DNA of 64,000 bases from Mobula hypostoma (lineage: Eukaryota), in NCBI RefSeq assembly GCF_963921235.1, contig NC_086097.1:20338001-20402000 (forward strand). The letters run 5' to 3'. Position 1 is the stretch's first letter, and each line of letters begins with the position of its first letter. Positions 1-12,749 of this stretch are shown in pieces. The notes under the pieces are model-generated. The model was given only the letters and a program-made list of their open reading frames with translations. It did no database searches and was not told the DNA's origin. The translations under genes were made by a program, and so were the position numbers.

Positions 1-360
1 AATTATGCCCCCCCAGATTATATCCACTCGATCTATGCCTCTTATTATCTTGTACATCTTTATAAGTCAACTCTCATCCTCCTTTGCTCCAGAGAAAAAG
101 CCCTCACTTGCTTACCTATCCTCATTAGACATGCTCTCTAATCCGGGCAACATCCTGGTAAATCACCTCTGCACCCTCTCTAAAGCTTCCACATCCTTCC
201 TATGATGAAGTGACCAGAACTGAACTCAGTATTCCGAGTGTGGTCTAACCAGCTTTTGTTAGAGGTGGAGCATTACCTTGTGGGTCTTGAACTCAATCCC
301 CTGTCTAATGAAGGCCAGTACACCATTCGCCTTCTTAACCGCCCTATCAACTTTCACAAT
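1..360 (-). mobile_element. CR1-like LINE ORF2 C-terminal fragment
   Basis: Minus-strand ORF 259..495 reads VKVDRAVKKANGVLAFIRQGIEFK..VMLHL, near-identical in sequence to the CR1 copy at 20.8-21.1 kb. Confidence 0.8.
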
Positions 361-954
361 CATGTGGGCTTCCTCGAGTTTCCCACCACACCTGAAAAAT
401 GCGCAGTTTCCTCTGCTATTTTGCCCAGCGATAATTGGCCCTGTGTCTAAGTGGGTGGCAGAGGCTGGCTGGAGCAGTTGGGGAATGTAGTTCACGGAGA
501 AAATTAGTGGAGAATAGGATTAATTGGTGAGCTGGCATGGATGATTACCCAAAATGGCCTCACTCTATACTGTAAGGAAATTATAATTATGTATATGGAT
601 ATATTTAAAGCTGAGATTGTTAGGTTCTTGATTAGTAAGGGAGTCAAAAGTTATGGGGAGAAGTCAGGAGAATGGGGCTGAGAGGGATAATAAATCAGCT
701 ATGATAGAATGGTAAAGCAGACTTGATGGGGTGAATGGCTTAATTATGCTCCCCTGTCTTCTGGTCTTATTTTAGAGTAGGTTAAAGGTCAACACAACAT
801 CACGGGCTGAAGGGCTGTAATGTTCTATGGGAATTAAATCACATTGGTGAAGTGTTTTATCTCAGTACCTCCTGCATTTTTGACCTACATCCATTGCTAC
901 TTTGGAGTTAATTGCTCCAACTCAGGAATGCAATTGGATTCTTTGGTTTGCAGA

Positions 955-1295
955 ATCAGGGATCTTCAAAAAGGCGATGCCTCAGAAAGGTGACTCCATC
1001 ATTAAGGACACCCATCTACCAGGACATGCCCCCTCCTCATTGCTACCATCAAGGAGGAGGTACAGGAGCCAGAAGATACACACTGAACATTTCAGCAGTA
1101 ACTTCTTCCCCTCTGCCACCAGATCTATGAATGGGCATTGAACCCATGAACACCTTTTCCTCACTTTTTGCACCAATTATTTATATATATTTCTTATTGT
1201 AATTTATAATTTATTATGTATTACAATGTACTGCTGCTGCTAATCAACACATTTCAAGACAAATGCCGGTGATATTAAACCTGATTCTAATTCTG
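955..1295 (+). mobile_element. Rex1/Babar-like LINE 3' fragment
   Basis: SIIKDTHLPGHA..SLLPS.RRYRS...NFFPSA motif, followed by an AT-rich 3' UTR ending AAACCTGATTCT(A/G)ATTCTGA. The same tail recurs at ~13.6, 52.0, 52.8 and 59.1 kb. Confidence 0.75.
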
Positions 1296-1569
1296 AAGAA
1301 AGAGATGAGTCTATGATAAAGTGAGCAAACAGAAGGCCCAGGGATGGCTGAGGAGGTCACAACCCCAAGAAAGGGGTCGTGTGTGAGGGAAACCAGAGAC
1401 CACAGGAACAGACGGAATGGAGGCCTGGAACCTTGGGATTGGGCAAAATGGGAGCCAAAGACCGCAGGAGCTGGAATGCTCAGACAGCTTGGTCCCTTGC
1501 GTTAGAGGTCTGATCTAGCAGAATTCTGTAATATCGAGGCCCTGGTCTGTGCAACTTCAGAACACCACA

Positions 1570-1832
1570 AAAAAAAACCCAGACTGCTGGAGAAACTCAT
1601 CAGGTCAGGCAGTATCTGTAGAAGGAAATGGGCAATCAAATTCCTCCCCATGCCCTGCCACAGATGCTGCTCGGCTCACGGAGTTCCAGACGAAGGGTCT
1701 CAACTCAGAATGTTAACCATCCATTTCACTCCACAGATGTAGCTTGGTCTGATGTTTTTTTTGTTTTAAACATCCCTCCAACAGTCTGCTTTTTTTGTGT
1801 CAGATTGCAGCATCTGAAAGCTTTTGTTTCTC
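1570..1832. mobile_element. Degenerate Penelope-type terminal-repeat fragments in inverted arrangement
   Basis: Opposed CAGGCAG(T/C)ATCTG and CAGATGCTGC segments, plus a decayed hammerhead-like core CAGACGAAGGGTCTC at ~1686. Confidence 0.5.
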
Positions 1833-1919
1833 TTGGAAAGAGAAATGGAAGGTTATGTGGGAGGGCAGGGTTAGTTTGATCGTAGAATAGGGCCTGTCCT
1901 GTAGGTAACTTCAATTCAG

Positions 1920-4900
1920 CATAGGACGTAGTGACGTGGAATCTCCCTGTAAACATTCCTAATATCTAGAACGTTAGGACCAACCATTTGGTGCCCACCG
2001 GATGGATGATTGTGGGTTGACGAATATACAAAAAATTCTCGAATACATTATTTGAGCAGAAAGTGGTGCGTAAGCAATTCAAAACATTATCTTAATAAAC
2101 CTATAAAACGCGCCCAGAAAAAAAATGTAATATCACTTAGTCATTTTCTAAGCAGCAGAAATTTCCAGGCATCATGTGACAAGGTGCGCGTCTTTCACAT
2201 GACCTCCCGCCTCCAACCACTCCACCCCATTCAGTTTTGCCAATTTTTTTGTTGCCGTGTGTAATAAACAGCAGTGCTCAAAGACGGAGAAAAGCGGTAA
2301 TGTTGTTCGGAAAGAAGAGTTGCACGCAGAAGTACAACGGTACTCCGCGGGTTAATTTTCAGTTGCTGAACTCTGCAGAGCGATTCTAGGCGGCTGACCT
2401 CCTAAATGAAGCTAATTGCCCAAGTTGGGGCGCGCTCGGTATGTGTTGGGACAACGTTCAGGAACCTCCACTGAAAATAAGTAAAGTGGAATATTCCTCT
2501 TTAGCGTTGCAGTAGGCGAGAGGCTGGTGTGTTTATACTGCGCAAACTTACTTGATTCATTCCTACCAGCAGAAAACAATCGCAAGGAATTGGCATTGCC
2601 CCCGACGCACACGTCTTGCAACAGGGTTGCATTATAATATTTAACACATTATTCTATTGACGCAGATACTGCTCATGCTGAGTGGTGTTGGTTACATTAA
2701 CCCGTTTTAAAAAAAAATACAAATACGCGCGCGGGGTAAGGCAATAATAGACAAGCGCAGAAGCAACTAGATCAACTGCCCTGAATGTATGTGTACAAAT
2801 ACATTGAAAAATTGCAAAAACTCTGCTTAGTAGTAATTACTCGAAAGCACGAGTTTCGACTGTTCCTGTGGCGGTTGTTACATTGTATACGCGGTAAAAA
2901 TGTAACAAAACCTGTGACTGGAGAAAAATAACCAATTAACTCTCATCACACACCATTCATTTGTATTCTGGTACATGAGATGGAAATATACGGATTGATT
3001 CATCCTCACGCTTCCCCGAAATATGTTTGGTGGAGAGAGAGAGAAAAAAAACAACCATCAAATCTGGAACAGGCGTTGGTTATAAAAGGGGAGGGGTGTG
3101 TGTGTGTGGGGCTTCTCTTTTTTTAAAGAACAGAAATAAGCCAATACAATCAAATAAACCGTAACTGCGATCAATACCATTTTCCCCCAAAATATGAACA
3201 AACGAGATAATTTAAATGTTAAAATGTATTAATTATATAATATTTAATTTTTATAAAAGGATTTGAGGGGCGAAGGCTTCGGCGACGCTTCGTGAATTTC
3301 CGTCTTTTTTCGGCTGGTTACATGAAGATGGAATCTCCCAGTAAGAACTGGTTGCAACCGGTTGTTGGATTTTTTTGTGAGGGAAAAGACGAGCAGCAGT
3401 GAAAAAGCTCCCCACATTCACTCCACGATAGCACATATAATATATATTTTAGCACATTCAATTGCATTTTCAAAGCTTTAAGGTTTGCAGAGAAACTAAA
3501 GAGACAAAGAGAGGGAAAAAAAGGCGCATCACCTTTAAGTTTGCACAGCATTGCACATCAGGAAGCTAATTTATTTTCAACTGCAATTCTGTAAGAAAGG
3601 AGGGAAAGAGGAAAAAAAAACGCATAAGAAATATATCATCAATATTGGAACAACTGTTGCCAACTGTTTTCGCTAAAGACCAAAGAGACTTTCTATTTCG
3701 CTCTGGGATTGTGAGGAGTGGAGGATTGTTTTTTCATCTCAAATAAATCACAACTCTAATCAAGGAGAATCTCGAGAAGGGATTTGCAAACCATTTGGTA
3801 AGTTGACTAGTTCTCTCTGCTTTACAGCAGGCATGGGTTTTGAAAGGGGGATGGGGCCTGTATTTTGGTGTTCGACACGCTTAGGGGAGTGTCTTTCATT
3901 TTCACTATAGTTTTTAGTCGGGGGGAGGGGGTTGTGGGAGGAATTCAGTTGGAAACACGAGTCTTGTGTATCCTTCTAACCTGCTTTTAATCATTCATTG
4001 CCAAGTAGTTTCTGGCGATTTTATTTTTAGTAATTTAATCTAATTGCTGCCTTTACCTGCCAAAGATAGAGCCTTGAAATAATTTTAACACGCAGTTTTA
4101 AAAAAAGACGGAGTATTTATCAAAAAATTAAAGACTAGCAATCCAGTCTCGGCATCCGTAACACAGCTTTAAGCGCATGTTTTGTATTTGGCCGCGCGTT
4201 TGAAAATCTTGTAAGTATTGTGAAGCTTTGGCTTAATTTCGAGAAGAGTTGCATCTGCTATTTAATCGTGCTGTTTAATTTTAAACATTTTATGGTTAAC
4301 GCAACTTTACCGCCTTAAATTTGCTTATACTTTTTTTTTGTTGTATTTTCGACGTGGCGCAGCTTGTTCGGCCCAATACGGTTCTAAAACCTTTCGTTTT
4401 TTGCTTTGTATATTTACACAGTAGTAAGTCGGTCTTTCACGGCAACCGCGCTGTTTTCCTTTGCCTTTTTTAATATATTAAAAAATGTAAACTGCATCCC
4501 TCCGGCCAGAGATCGTGTTCTAAGTTAAAAGTGCGCGCAGATTATTCATGTTGCTGTGGACGAATTCTAAATTTTATTCAGCGATTTTGTGTTTCTGGTT
4601 TTTTTTTGAAGTGTTGATTGAATGGCAACTTTTCCTATCGGGTGCGACTTGTATTGCGCGGTTTGGTGACGCTCCCTGGAGGTCTTGTGCAATTATTTAA
4701 ACCACGTTTTGAACTTTGTAGGCAAGACCACCAAATCTGAGCAGGAAGGGGTTTGAGGTCCCACCTTCGCAGCCCCTTGCCTATTGGGTTTTGTGACTGA
4801 AATTGGGCGGCGGCGTTTCTGGTTGGTTCCCCGAGCTGTCATTTCCCGACACAGCTCGTTAGGTTGCAGTGTATTCGCTGCTGGGACGCGAAAGCTTTTT

Positions 4901-5165
4901 TAAAAAGTACCAATTCTCACCCCGTTTCCTCGAGGACGGTTTCAGAGCTGGTTCCCACTGCGGGTCAGCCAGCCCTGCTTACGCTTGCGCCTGGCCCAGT
5001 GAGATATGTTCCCCAAGTGAAATGCTGGAAACACTCAGCGGGTCGGGCAGCATCTGTTAATGAACAGTTGTTTTCTGACTTCGATTCAGAGCCTTCAGAG
5101 AGCAGGCCGCTACTGAAGTGCGGTATCTTTGAATGAGACATTCAACACTGCCGAGTCGGTACTAC
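1920..5165 (+). promoter_or_regulatory. CpG-rich promoter region of an unidentified host gene
   Basis: Repeat-free stretch with visibly dense CpGs (CGCGCGCG, CCGCGG, GGCGGCGGCG) against CpG-poor flanks. TATAAAAGG at ~3081 and ~3252, CCAAT at ~2932 and ~3141, GTGACGT at ~1931. Confidence 0.75.
3280..3797 (+). other. Probable non-coding first exon (5' UTR); 5' boundary uncertain
   Basis: Starts about 30 bp downstream of the TATA at 3252, is purine-rich unique sequence, and ends at consensus donor TTTG|GTAAGT (3797/3798). No + strand ORF of 60 aa or more. Confidence 0.55.
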
Positions 5166-5249
5166 CTGGTCCCTATTTACTCCACCCATAGCGAAAAATA
5201 AAAAGAAATCTCGTTTCTTGCAAATTGATGCTTGTGGACAAATCAATAA

Positions 5250-5965
5250 AGTTCAAAGTACATGTGTTACTGTATACAACCCTGAGATTGGTTATCTCAC
5301 AAGTATACTCAATAAATCCAATCACCAAATAGAATCAATGAAAGACTGTTGCAAATATTAAAAAAACTAAATAATGTTAATAAGTAATGAATATCACAGA
5401 CATGAGGTAAAGTGTCCTTAAGTGAGTCCATTGGTTTTAGGAACAGTTTGGTGATGGGGTAAATGAAGATGCCCCCTCTGGTTCAAGATTTTGATAGTCG
5501 AGAGGAAATAATGCTTCCTGAACCTGGCAGTGTGAGTCCTGAGGCTCCTGTACCTTCCTCCCAGCAGCGAGAATAGAGCATGATCTGTGTGGTGGGAGTC
5601 TCTGATGATGGATGCTGCTTTCCTGTGACAATACTCCATGTCGATGTGCACAGTAGTGGGGAGGGCTTTACCTGTGACGCTCCAGGCCATATCCTGACGA
5701 AGGGTCTCGGCCCGAAACGTCGACTGTACCTCTTCCTAGAGATGCTGCCTGGCCTGCTGCGTTCACCAGCAACTTTTATGTGCGTTGCTTGAAATTCCAG
5801 CATCTGCAGATTTCCTTGTGTTTGCGTTTTTAAATCCACTACTTTCAAGGGCATTGGTGTTTCCATACCAGGTTGTGATGCAGCCAGTAAATATACTCTC
5901 ACTACACTTGATAGAAGTTTGTCAAAGTTTTAAATATGCTGACTGTTCGCAAACTCCTCAGAGTA
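5250..5965 (-). mobile_element. Rex1/Babar-like LINE 3' fragment, interrupted by a hammerhead-bearing repeat
   Basis: Minus ORF 5418..5690: CHRKAASIIRDSHH..HALFSLL.GRYRSLRTHTARFR..YF. Confidence 0.75.
5692..5828 (+). mobile_element. Penelope-type short repeat with minimal hammerhead core (copy A)
   Basis: CTGACGA(5694-5700)-A-GGGTCTCGGCCC-GAAACGTC-GACTG, followed by the family body GATGCTGCCTGGCCTGCTGCGTTCACCAGC. Confidence 0.75.
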
Positions 5966-6646
5966 GAGGCATACCAGCAGGGACAGTAGGCTGTTTAGCT
6001 GATCCCATCCTCTTGAACTGCTGCAGTCCTTCTTTTGAAGGCATGCCCAGTATTATGAGGTAGACTGGCTCAAGATTTTGAATCCGAAAGGATTGGTTAT
6101 ACATTTCCACCCTTGTTCTTGATGGCTTCATGTGTTGCTATTGGAATATTGTGGATCATTTACTACTTTAACTGCCACCTTGTGCCCCAGGTAACCAGTT
6201 AGATGTTAAGGATGGTGTTGATCAAGTAGGCTGCAATGGCTTGGGTCGTGGTGAATTTGAAAGCAGCTGGAGCTGAACTTGTCCAGGTAAATCAAGAATC
6301 ATTGTTCTAGCTTGTGATTTTCAGATGGTAGAATGATCTTGGGCTGTCTGACTTGCTTCTGCAGTCACATCAATCTGGCTGCTTTAGCAGAGTATCTGGT
6401 CGGCTGTGATCCCTTGGGTGATAATGTTGGGGGACTTGGTGACAGTTCAGAGATGAACTTTATTTGTCACATGTACATCAAAACAGTGGAGTGCATCAGT
6501 GACCAAATACAGTGAGAGGATCTGCTGGGTCGGCACAACATTGTGGGCCGAAGGGCCTGTACTGTGCTGTACTATTCTATGTTCTATGCTGGGAGCCTGT
6601 AAGTGTCACCACACTATCAGCACCAACAAAGTGTGCCCACATATTC

Positions 6647-7510
6647 TGGGGTGGCATGGTAGTGTAGTGGTCAGGCCGATGTTTTACAGCAGTGGTCCCC
6701 AACCACCGGGCCACAAAGCATGTGCTACCGGGCCGCAAGGAAATGATATGATTTGGCGCTATGAAACGATATGAGTCAGCTGCACCTTTCCTCATTCCTT
6801 GTCACACACTGTTGAACTTGAAATAACCTACCAAATAACACATAAAACCTAAAATAGCACTAACATACAGTAAAAGCAGGAATGATATGATAAATACACG
6901 CCTATATAGAGTAGAAATAATCTATGTACAGTGTAGTTTCACTTAACAGAATCGGGAAAATTGAGCCAAAACTGATTTGTAGAGAAATAAAATCAGCACA
7001 TACACGCATACACACACAGGTGCCCGCGCAAGGCTTCATGGTCATGGTAGTCTTTCTCGGGGTAAACACAAGTGTCCCGTATTTGACTGCTACTTTTGTC
7101 CCTTATTTGGGAGTGAGAAAGTTGGCAACCCTAACTGTAAAAGACATGTTGAGGTGAGTTTAACCCTACTTGAACACTGCCCCCCCCCCCACACCCGGTC
7201 GGCCGGCCCGCAAGAATATTGCCAATATTAAACTGGTCCGCAGTGCACAAAAGGTTGGGGACCTCTGCTTTACGGTACCAGCGACCCAGGTTCAATTCCC
7301 ACTGCTGCCTGTAAGGAGTTTGTACATTCGCCCTGTGACCGCGTGGGTTTCCTCTGGGTGCTCTGGTTTCCTCCCTCAGTCCGACGATGTACTGGTTGGT
7401 AGGTTAATTGGTCATTATAAATTGTCATTTGTGAGTCTCAGATTAAATTGGGATTGCTGGGTGGTGCAGCTTGAAAGGGCCTTTTCCGCACTGTATCTCA
7501 ATAAATAAAT
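6647..7510 (+). mobile_element. tRNA-derived V-SINE (HE1-like), split by a hAT MITE
   Basis: A-box-like TAGTGTAGTGG, B-box GGTTCAATTCC at ~7289, V-domain GCGTGGGTTTCCTCTGGGTGCTCTGGTTTCCTCCC, A-rich tail. Further copies at ~7530-7650(-), 8140-8420, 23790-24440, 32200-32530. Confidence 0.75.
6690..7267. mobile_element. Non-autonomous hAT (Charlie-like) DNA transposon
   Basis: TIRs CAGTGGTCCCCAACC / GGTTGGGGACCTCTG; imperfect 8-bp TSD TTTTACAG (6682-6689) / CTTTACGG (7268-7275). Confidence 0.8.
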
Positions 7511-7689
7511 AGATTTGCTACCTCTAACCTGTACGTGTTTGGAATGTGGGCAGCAACTAGAGCACCCAAAGGAAACCCACGCCCTCGTGGGGAGAACGTA
7601 CAAACTCCTTACAGACAGCAGTGGGAATTGAACCTGGATTGCTGATATTGTAAAGAGATTGTATTAATCAGAATGCTCTTATGCCATCC

Positions 7690-8095
7690 TTAAATGTTAA
7701 GAGTAAGTGACTTTGTTACTGGAGTTGGTCAGTATATGGGTCTTCTGAGGCCCATATGTTTCCACTTCTCAGTCCATGCCTGAGTGTCACTGCATACCAG
7801 CGTGGAGAATGCCTCTTGCTGAGGAGTTACGAATGGAACTGAATGTTATGAACTCATTAGTGAGCATCTTGACCCCTGACCTTGTGATGGAAGGAAGGTC
7901 AATGCAGCCGAGGATGGTTGGTTGGAGGATGCTGCACTGAAGAGCATCTGCTTTGGTTTGGATGTCCTGGTGTTGGGAAGATTCACCTTGAACCACAGTG
8001 CTGTCCCTTTGTGTGAGGCATGACTCCAATCAATGGAGTGTTTTTCTCCCCTCGAGATCCGTTCACTTCAGTTTTACCAGCAATCCTTGCTTTAA
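7690..8095 (-). mobile_element. Ancient CR1-group LINE RT core fragment
   Basis: Minus ORF 7787..8029 LQCSILQPTILGCIDLPSITRSGVKMLTNE resembles decayed PQGSILGP..F..INDLP....MFADD. Confidence 0.55.
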
Positions 8096-8424
8096 GGAGA
8101 GAGAAAAGTTCTCTTGCTTGTTGCTAACGATTAGTGCAACACTTTAGTACAGGCGATGGCCGATCAGGGCTTAGTTCCTGCTGCTGTCTGTGTGGAGTTT
8201 GCATGTTCTCCCTGGGACTTAGTGGGTTTCCTGCAGCTGCTGCAGTTTCCTTCCACTTCCAAAGACCTGCTGGTTAGGGTTCATGGGTTGTGGATACGCT
8301 GTGTTGATACCTGAAGCATGCCGACACTTGTGGGCTGCCCAGAACAATCCTTTCTGATTTGAATTGATGCAAAATGACACTGTATGTTTCAATGTACTTG
8401 TGACAAATTACTTGACTTTATTTC

Positions 8425-9605
8425 TTACATCTTCACATACATGAGTAAAAATCTTTACCTTGCGTCTCCCTCTGAATGTGCAATGTGTAAATTATAGTAA
8501 CTTGTAATAAGTAGTATGTACAGTAAGATATACAACAGAGCAGTCAATGTAGCTTAGTAGCTTTGTGTCAGCATGAACTAATCAGTCTGATGGCCTGGTG
8601 GAAGAAGCTGTCCTGGAGCCTGTTGGTCCTGTCTTTAATGTTGCGGTACCGTTTCTCGGATGGTAGCAGCTGGAACAGTTTGTGGTTGGGGTGACTCGGG
8701 TCCCCAATGACCCTTCGTGCCTTTTTTGCCCACCTGTCGCTCTAAATGTTCTGAATAGAGGGAAGTTCATATCCACAGATGCGCTGGGCTGTCCGCACCA
8801 CTCTCTGCAGAGTCCTGTGATTAAGGGAGGTACAGTTCCCATACCAGGCAGTGATGCAGCCAGTCAGGATGCTCTCAAAGAAAGTCCTTAGGATTTGGGG
8901 ACTCATACCAAACTTCTTCAACCGTCTGAGGTGAAAGAGCCGCTGTTGTGCTTTTTTCACCACACAGCTGGGATGTACAGACCGTGTGAGATCCTCGGTG
9001 ATGTGTATGCCAAGGAACATGAAGCTGTTCACCCTCTCAATCTCAGATCCATTGACATCAATGGGGGGTGAGCCTGTCTTCATTCTTCGTGTAGTCCACA
9101 ACCAGCTCCTTTGTTTTTGTGACAATGAGGGAGAGGTTTTCTTGACACCACTGTGTCAGGGTGATGACTACTTTTCTGTAGGCTGCCTCGTTGTTATTTG
9201 AGATAAGGCCAATCAATATAGTAGCATCTGCAAATTTAATTAGCAGATTGGAGCTGTGGGTAGCGACACAGTCATCGGTATACAGAGAAGGGGGCTTAGG
9301 ACCCAGCCCTGGGGGGGGGGGGGCGGGGGGCTCCTGTGTTGAGGATCAGAAGTGAGGTAGCCCACTCTTACCACCTGCTGGCAATCTGACAGGAAGTCCA
9401 GGATCCAGCTTCACAAGGCAGGGTGAAGGCCGAGGTCTCTGAGCTTCTTGTCAAGTTTGGAGGGAACTATCGTGTTTTGAATGCTGAACTGTAGTCCAAG
9501 AACAGCATTCTCACATAAGCATTCCTCCTCACTGGGTGTGTAAGGACTGTGTGTAGAGCTGTGGCTATTGCAGCATCTGTCGATTGGTTGTGTCAGTAGG
9601 CGAAC
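8425..9605 (-). mobile_element. Rex1/Babar-like LINE RT C-terminal half plus 3' UTR
   Basis: ORF 8742..9125: IERVNSFMFLGIHITEDLT...VVKKAQQRLFHLRRLKKFG...ESILTGCITAWYGNCT. Closely related + strand copy at 23885-24335. Confidence 0.85.
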
Positions 9606-10329
9606 TGAATTCAGTTCAATCCTAACTTGAATGTCTTTTTGTGACGGGGAGAAACTGGAGCACCGGGAGGAAACCATACATAGTCACGGGATTGGCATGC
9701 AAACACCTTAAAGACAGCAGCATGATTTGTACTCTGATCTCACACCTGACACTCTAAAGCAGGGGGTTCCCAACTCTTTTCTAAAATGCCATTAACCTGG
9801 CTGTAAAGCATTATGCTAACTGCTACATGACCACACATGTGCTGCTCAGTGCCACAAGTAGTCACTCTCTAGTCGTATCTCAAATTCAGCTCAGTGTTCC
9901 ATGTTGGGTTCAAAGCTGCGAATCAGTGGAGCTGAGTAGACCAGGTGGAATCCAAAGTGGGCCCGAATGAGCAGGTTATTGACTATTACGTGACGCTTGA
10001 AGCATTGTCAACAGTGCCCATTACATTGTTGGTGATTGAGAGTAGATTCGTTGATGAACAAGGTCGGACTTGGTCTGCTGTTTGAAAACAGCTGTTTTTC
10101 ACACAAGTAGATGCCTCTGCATTGGAATGGAATAGCTAGATGTACAGATGGTTCTGGAGTGTAGATCTTGAAGTTTACAGTGGGCACTGGGTCAATCTGT
10201 CCAAGATCTTGGAGCCACTTTTTCCTGTTACTGGTTTGATTAGTCTGTTTAAACTAACCATACAAACACCCCTCCTCATGGGTTAATGTGGTGACCTGTC
10301 TACGATGTCCCTATCCAAACTTCTCTCAA

Positions 10330-10905
10330 ATGTTACAATTGAACCCGCATCTGGGCATTTCATATTTCCTGGCATGCAAGAGAATGAGGAGAGATCGTGC
10401 TGAGGTATACAAAATTGTGAGCGGTGTAGATAGGGTAAATGCAAGCAGGTGAGATGGGTGACACCAGAACTGGAGATCATAGGTTTGGGGTGAAAGATGA
10501 AATATTTAAGGGGAGCCTGAGGGTGAACTTCTTCCCTCAGGGTGGTGTGAGTGTTGGATGTGAGTTCGATTACAACATTTAAGAAAAGTTTGGGCAAGTA
10601 CATGGATGGGAGGGGTATGGAAGGATGCACAAACAAGAAGATCTGCAGATGCTGGAAATCCAAGCAACACACACAACACACTGGAGAAGTTCAGCAGGCC
10701 AGGCAGCATCCATGGAGCAGAGTAAACAATCGGTGTTTCAGGTCGAGACCCTTCATCAGGACTGGGGGAAAAAAGAATTAGAAGTTAAAGAGAAGTATGG
10801 AGGACTATAGTCCAGGTGCAGGTCGATGGGACCAAGCAGAATAACAGATTGGCATGGTCTAGATGGGCCAAAGGGCCTTTTTTGTGCTCTCGTGCTCTAT
10901 GACTA
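10330..10905 (+). mobile_element. CR1-like 3' fragment interrupted by a minus-strand Penelope-type repeat (10627-10790)
   Basis: GAGGTATACAAAATT.TGAG.GGT.TAGATAGGGT CR1 3' motif. The insert carries a reverse-complement hammerhead core at 10727-10764. Confidence 0.65.
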
Positions 10906-11090
10906 GTCCTGGATTTCACAATTAACTGAGATAGTTTCTCTCTCTACCAAGTTTTGACTAATATATCAAGAATGCTGATCAAATCATTCCATGACGATCT
11001 AAATTCCAGAGTGCATTTCTAGATGATATATTCATAAGTTAACCTTCAGATGTTGGTCAAAACGAACAGAACAGTAGGGTCTGATTCTCT

Positions 11091-11703
11091 CACTCATGTC
11101 ATCTTTATTCTGGTGCTCAATTGTCTTCTCTGTGCCTGCATTTCCAGGTACCGATGGGTGGGAGATATTTGAAGGGATAAGGTCCAGGTAGATGGGACAA
11201 GGCAGAGGACGAGATTGGCATCAGATTGGGTACCTCCTGTACCCAACAAAGTGGCCTCTGAGTGGTCCCATGGTGTTCTGCTGCTGTTGCCCATCCTCTT
11301 CACAGTTCAGTGTGTTGTGCATTCATAGACACCATTACTGTAACACATAATTATTTGAGTTACTATCACCCTGCTGTCAGCTTGACCCAGCCTGGCCATT
11401 CTCCTCTGACGTCTCTCGTTAATAAGATGTTTTCATCCACAGAGCTACCTCTCACTGTTTGTTGTTCTCACCGTTCGCTGTAGACTCTGGAAATCAGGAA
11501 ATCAGCCGTCAAACCACCCTGTCTGCCACCAACAATCATTCCACAGTCAGTCACTTGGGTCACATTTCTTGCCCATTCTGGTGTTTGGCCTGAACAGCAA
11601 CTAAACCTCTCGACTACGTCTGCATGGAGATGCTGCCACGTGATTAGATAATTGCGTTAGTGAGCAGGTTTACAGGTGTAGCTAATAAAGTGAGCATTGA
11701 GTG
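11091..11703. mobile_element. Tc1/mariner-derived non-autonomous element (decayed)
   Basis: Ends CACTCA..CATCTTTATT and TAATAAAGTGAGCATTGAGTG, with an internal copy of the end motif (AACAAAGTGGCCTCTGAGTG ~11246). Resembles fish Tc1-type TIRs. Confidence 0.5.
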
Positions 11704-12749
11704 CAGAGTGAATCAAATTGGCTAATGGCTGGCTTCCAATGGTAGTGAGGAGCTTAGGAGGAAGCTGAAATGGATCACTTGTACGGCACTTTTTGCTGAG
11801 AATGGTTGCTAATGTCTCCAGCATTCATGTGTGGGGGCGCTGCCATCACCGAGGAAGGTCTAGGAGCCGCCTTCCCCGGTTTCCTGTTTGATTGTCATCC
11901 ACTTGTCACAGCTCTAGAGCCTTTGTCTGATCTGTCGATTTAAGATGCTCAGTTCTGACTTTCCTGGTCTTTCATGATTAGCAGCACCTAATGTTCTTTC
12001 CTTTTGTACCCCTCTGAACCACTGTTGATTGTGGTAGAGTAAGTGACGATACACTGGGCTGTGAGGTCAGTGTGTGGTGCTGGATATATCTGCTGATGGT
12101 CCACAGTTTTGTTCCCCATACCTGTCTGAGTCTATCCCGTTTTTGCATGATTGTAGTGCCGTCATGGAGAACGTCCTTGTTGCGAAGGTAGGACTGCTCC
12201 AGGTAGATAGTGCAGTGGTCACATCCACCAATGCTGTTGTGGGCAGGTGTACCTGCCTGGGGTTACCTTGGCACGAATGAGGTCAGGTAGGTTGGTTCAT
12301 TCATTGTCTGCTGCAGACATGATCTAACAGTGCAACACAGGATTCTGCAGGTGCTGGAAATCCAGAACAACAGACACACTCAGCAGGTCGGGCAGCATCT
12401 AACAAGAAGCATAAACAGTTGACGTTTTGGGCTGAGACCCTCTATCTGTCCTCTCCACAGATGGTGACTGACCTCCTTCAGCATTATGTGTGTTCATTTA
12501 ACAGTGATGTCCTTCAACAGTCTGTCACTGTTGGTGTTCCCAAGCCACTCTTGATGACAGACATTGAAGTCTCATTATGTGTAGTAGGGTGGTATAATAT
12601 AGTGTGTGCTCACTGGTTTCAGTGCACTTGTTGTACATGATGAAATGCTGATGCCTCATCTGGGGATGGATGGTATTGGATGTGAGATAATCAATCAGTT
12701 TTAATATCACTGGCATTGGTCATGAGATTTGTTTTGCAGCAGCGGCAAT

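Noticed and set aside
476..493. ZNF143-like motif (minus strand AACTACATTCCCCAA)
   Set aside because: A single imperfect match between repeat fragments, about 1.5 kb outside the CpG-rich region.
5483..5902. ORFs with PDEGSRPETST / DAAWPAAF-type peptides (also 25604, 52513, 28109)
   Set aside because: These are translations of the non-coding hammerhead-bearing repeat, not a protein family.
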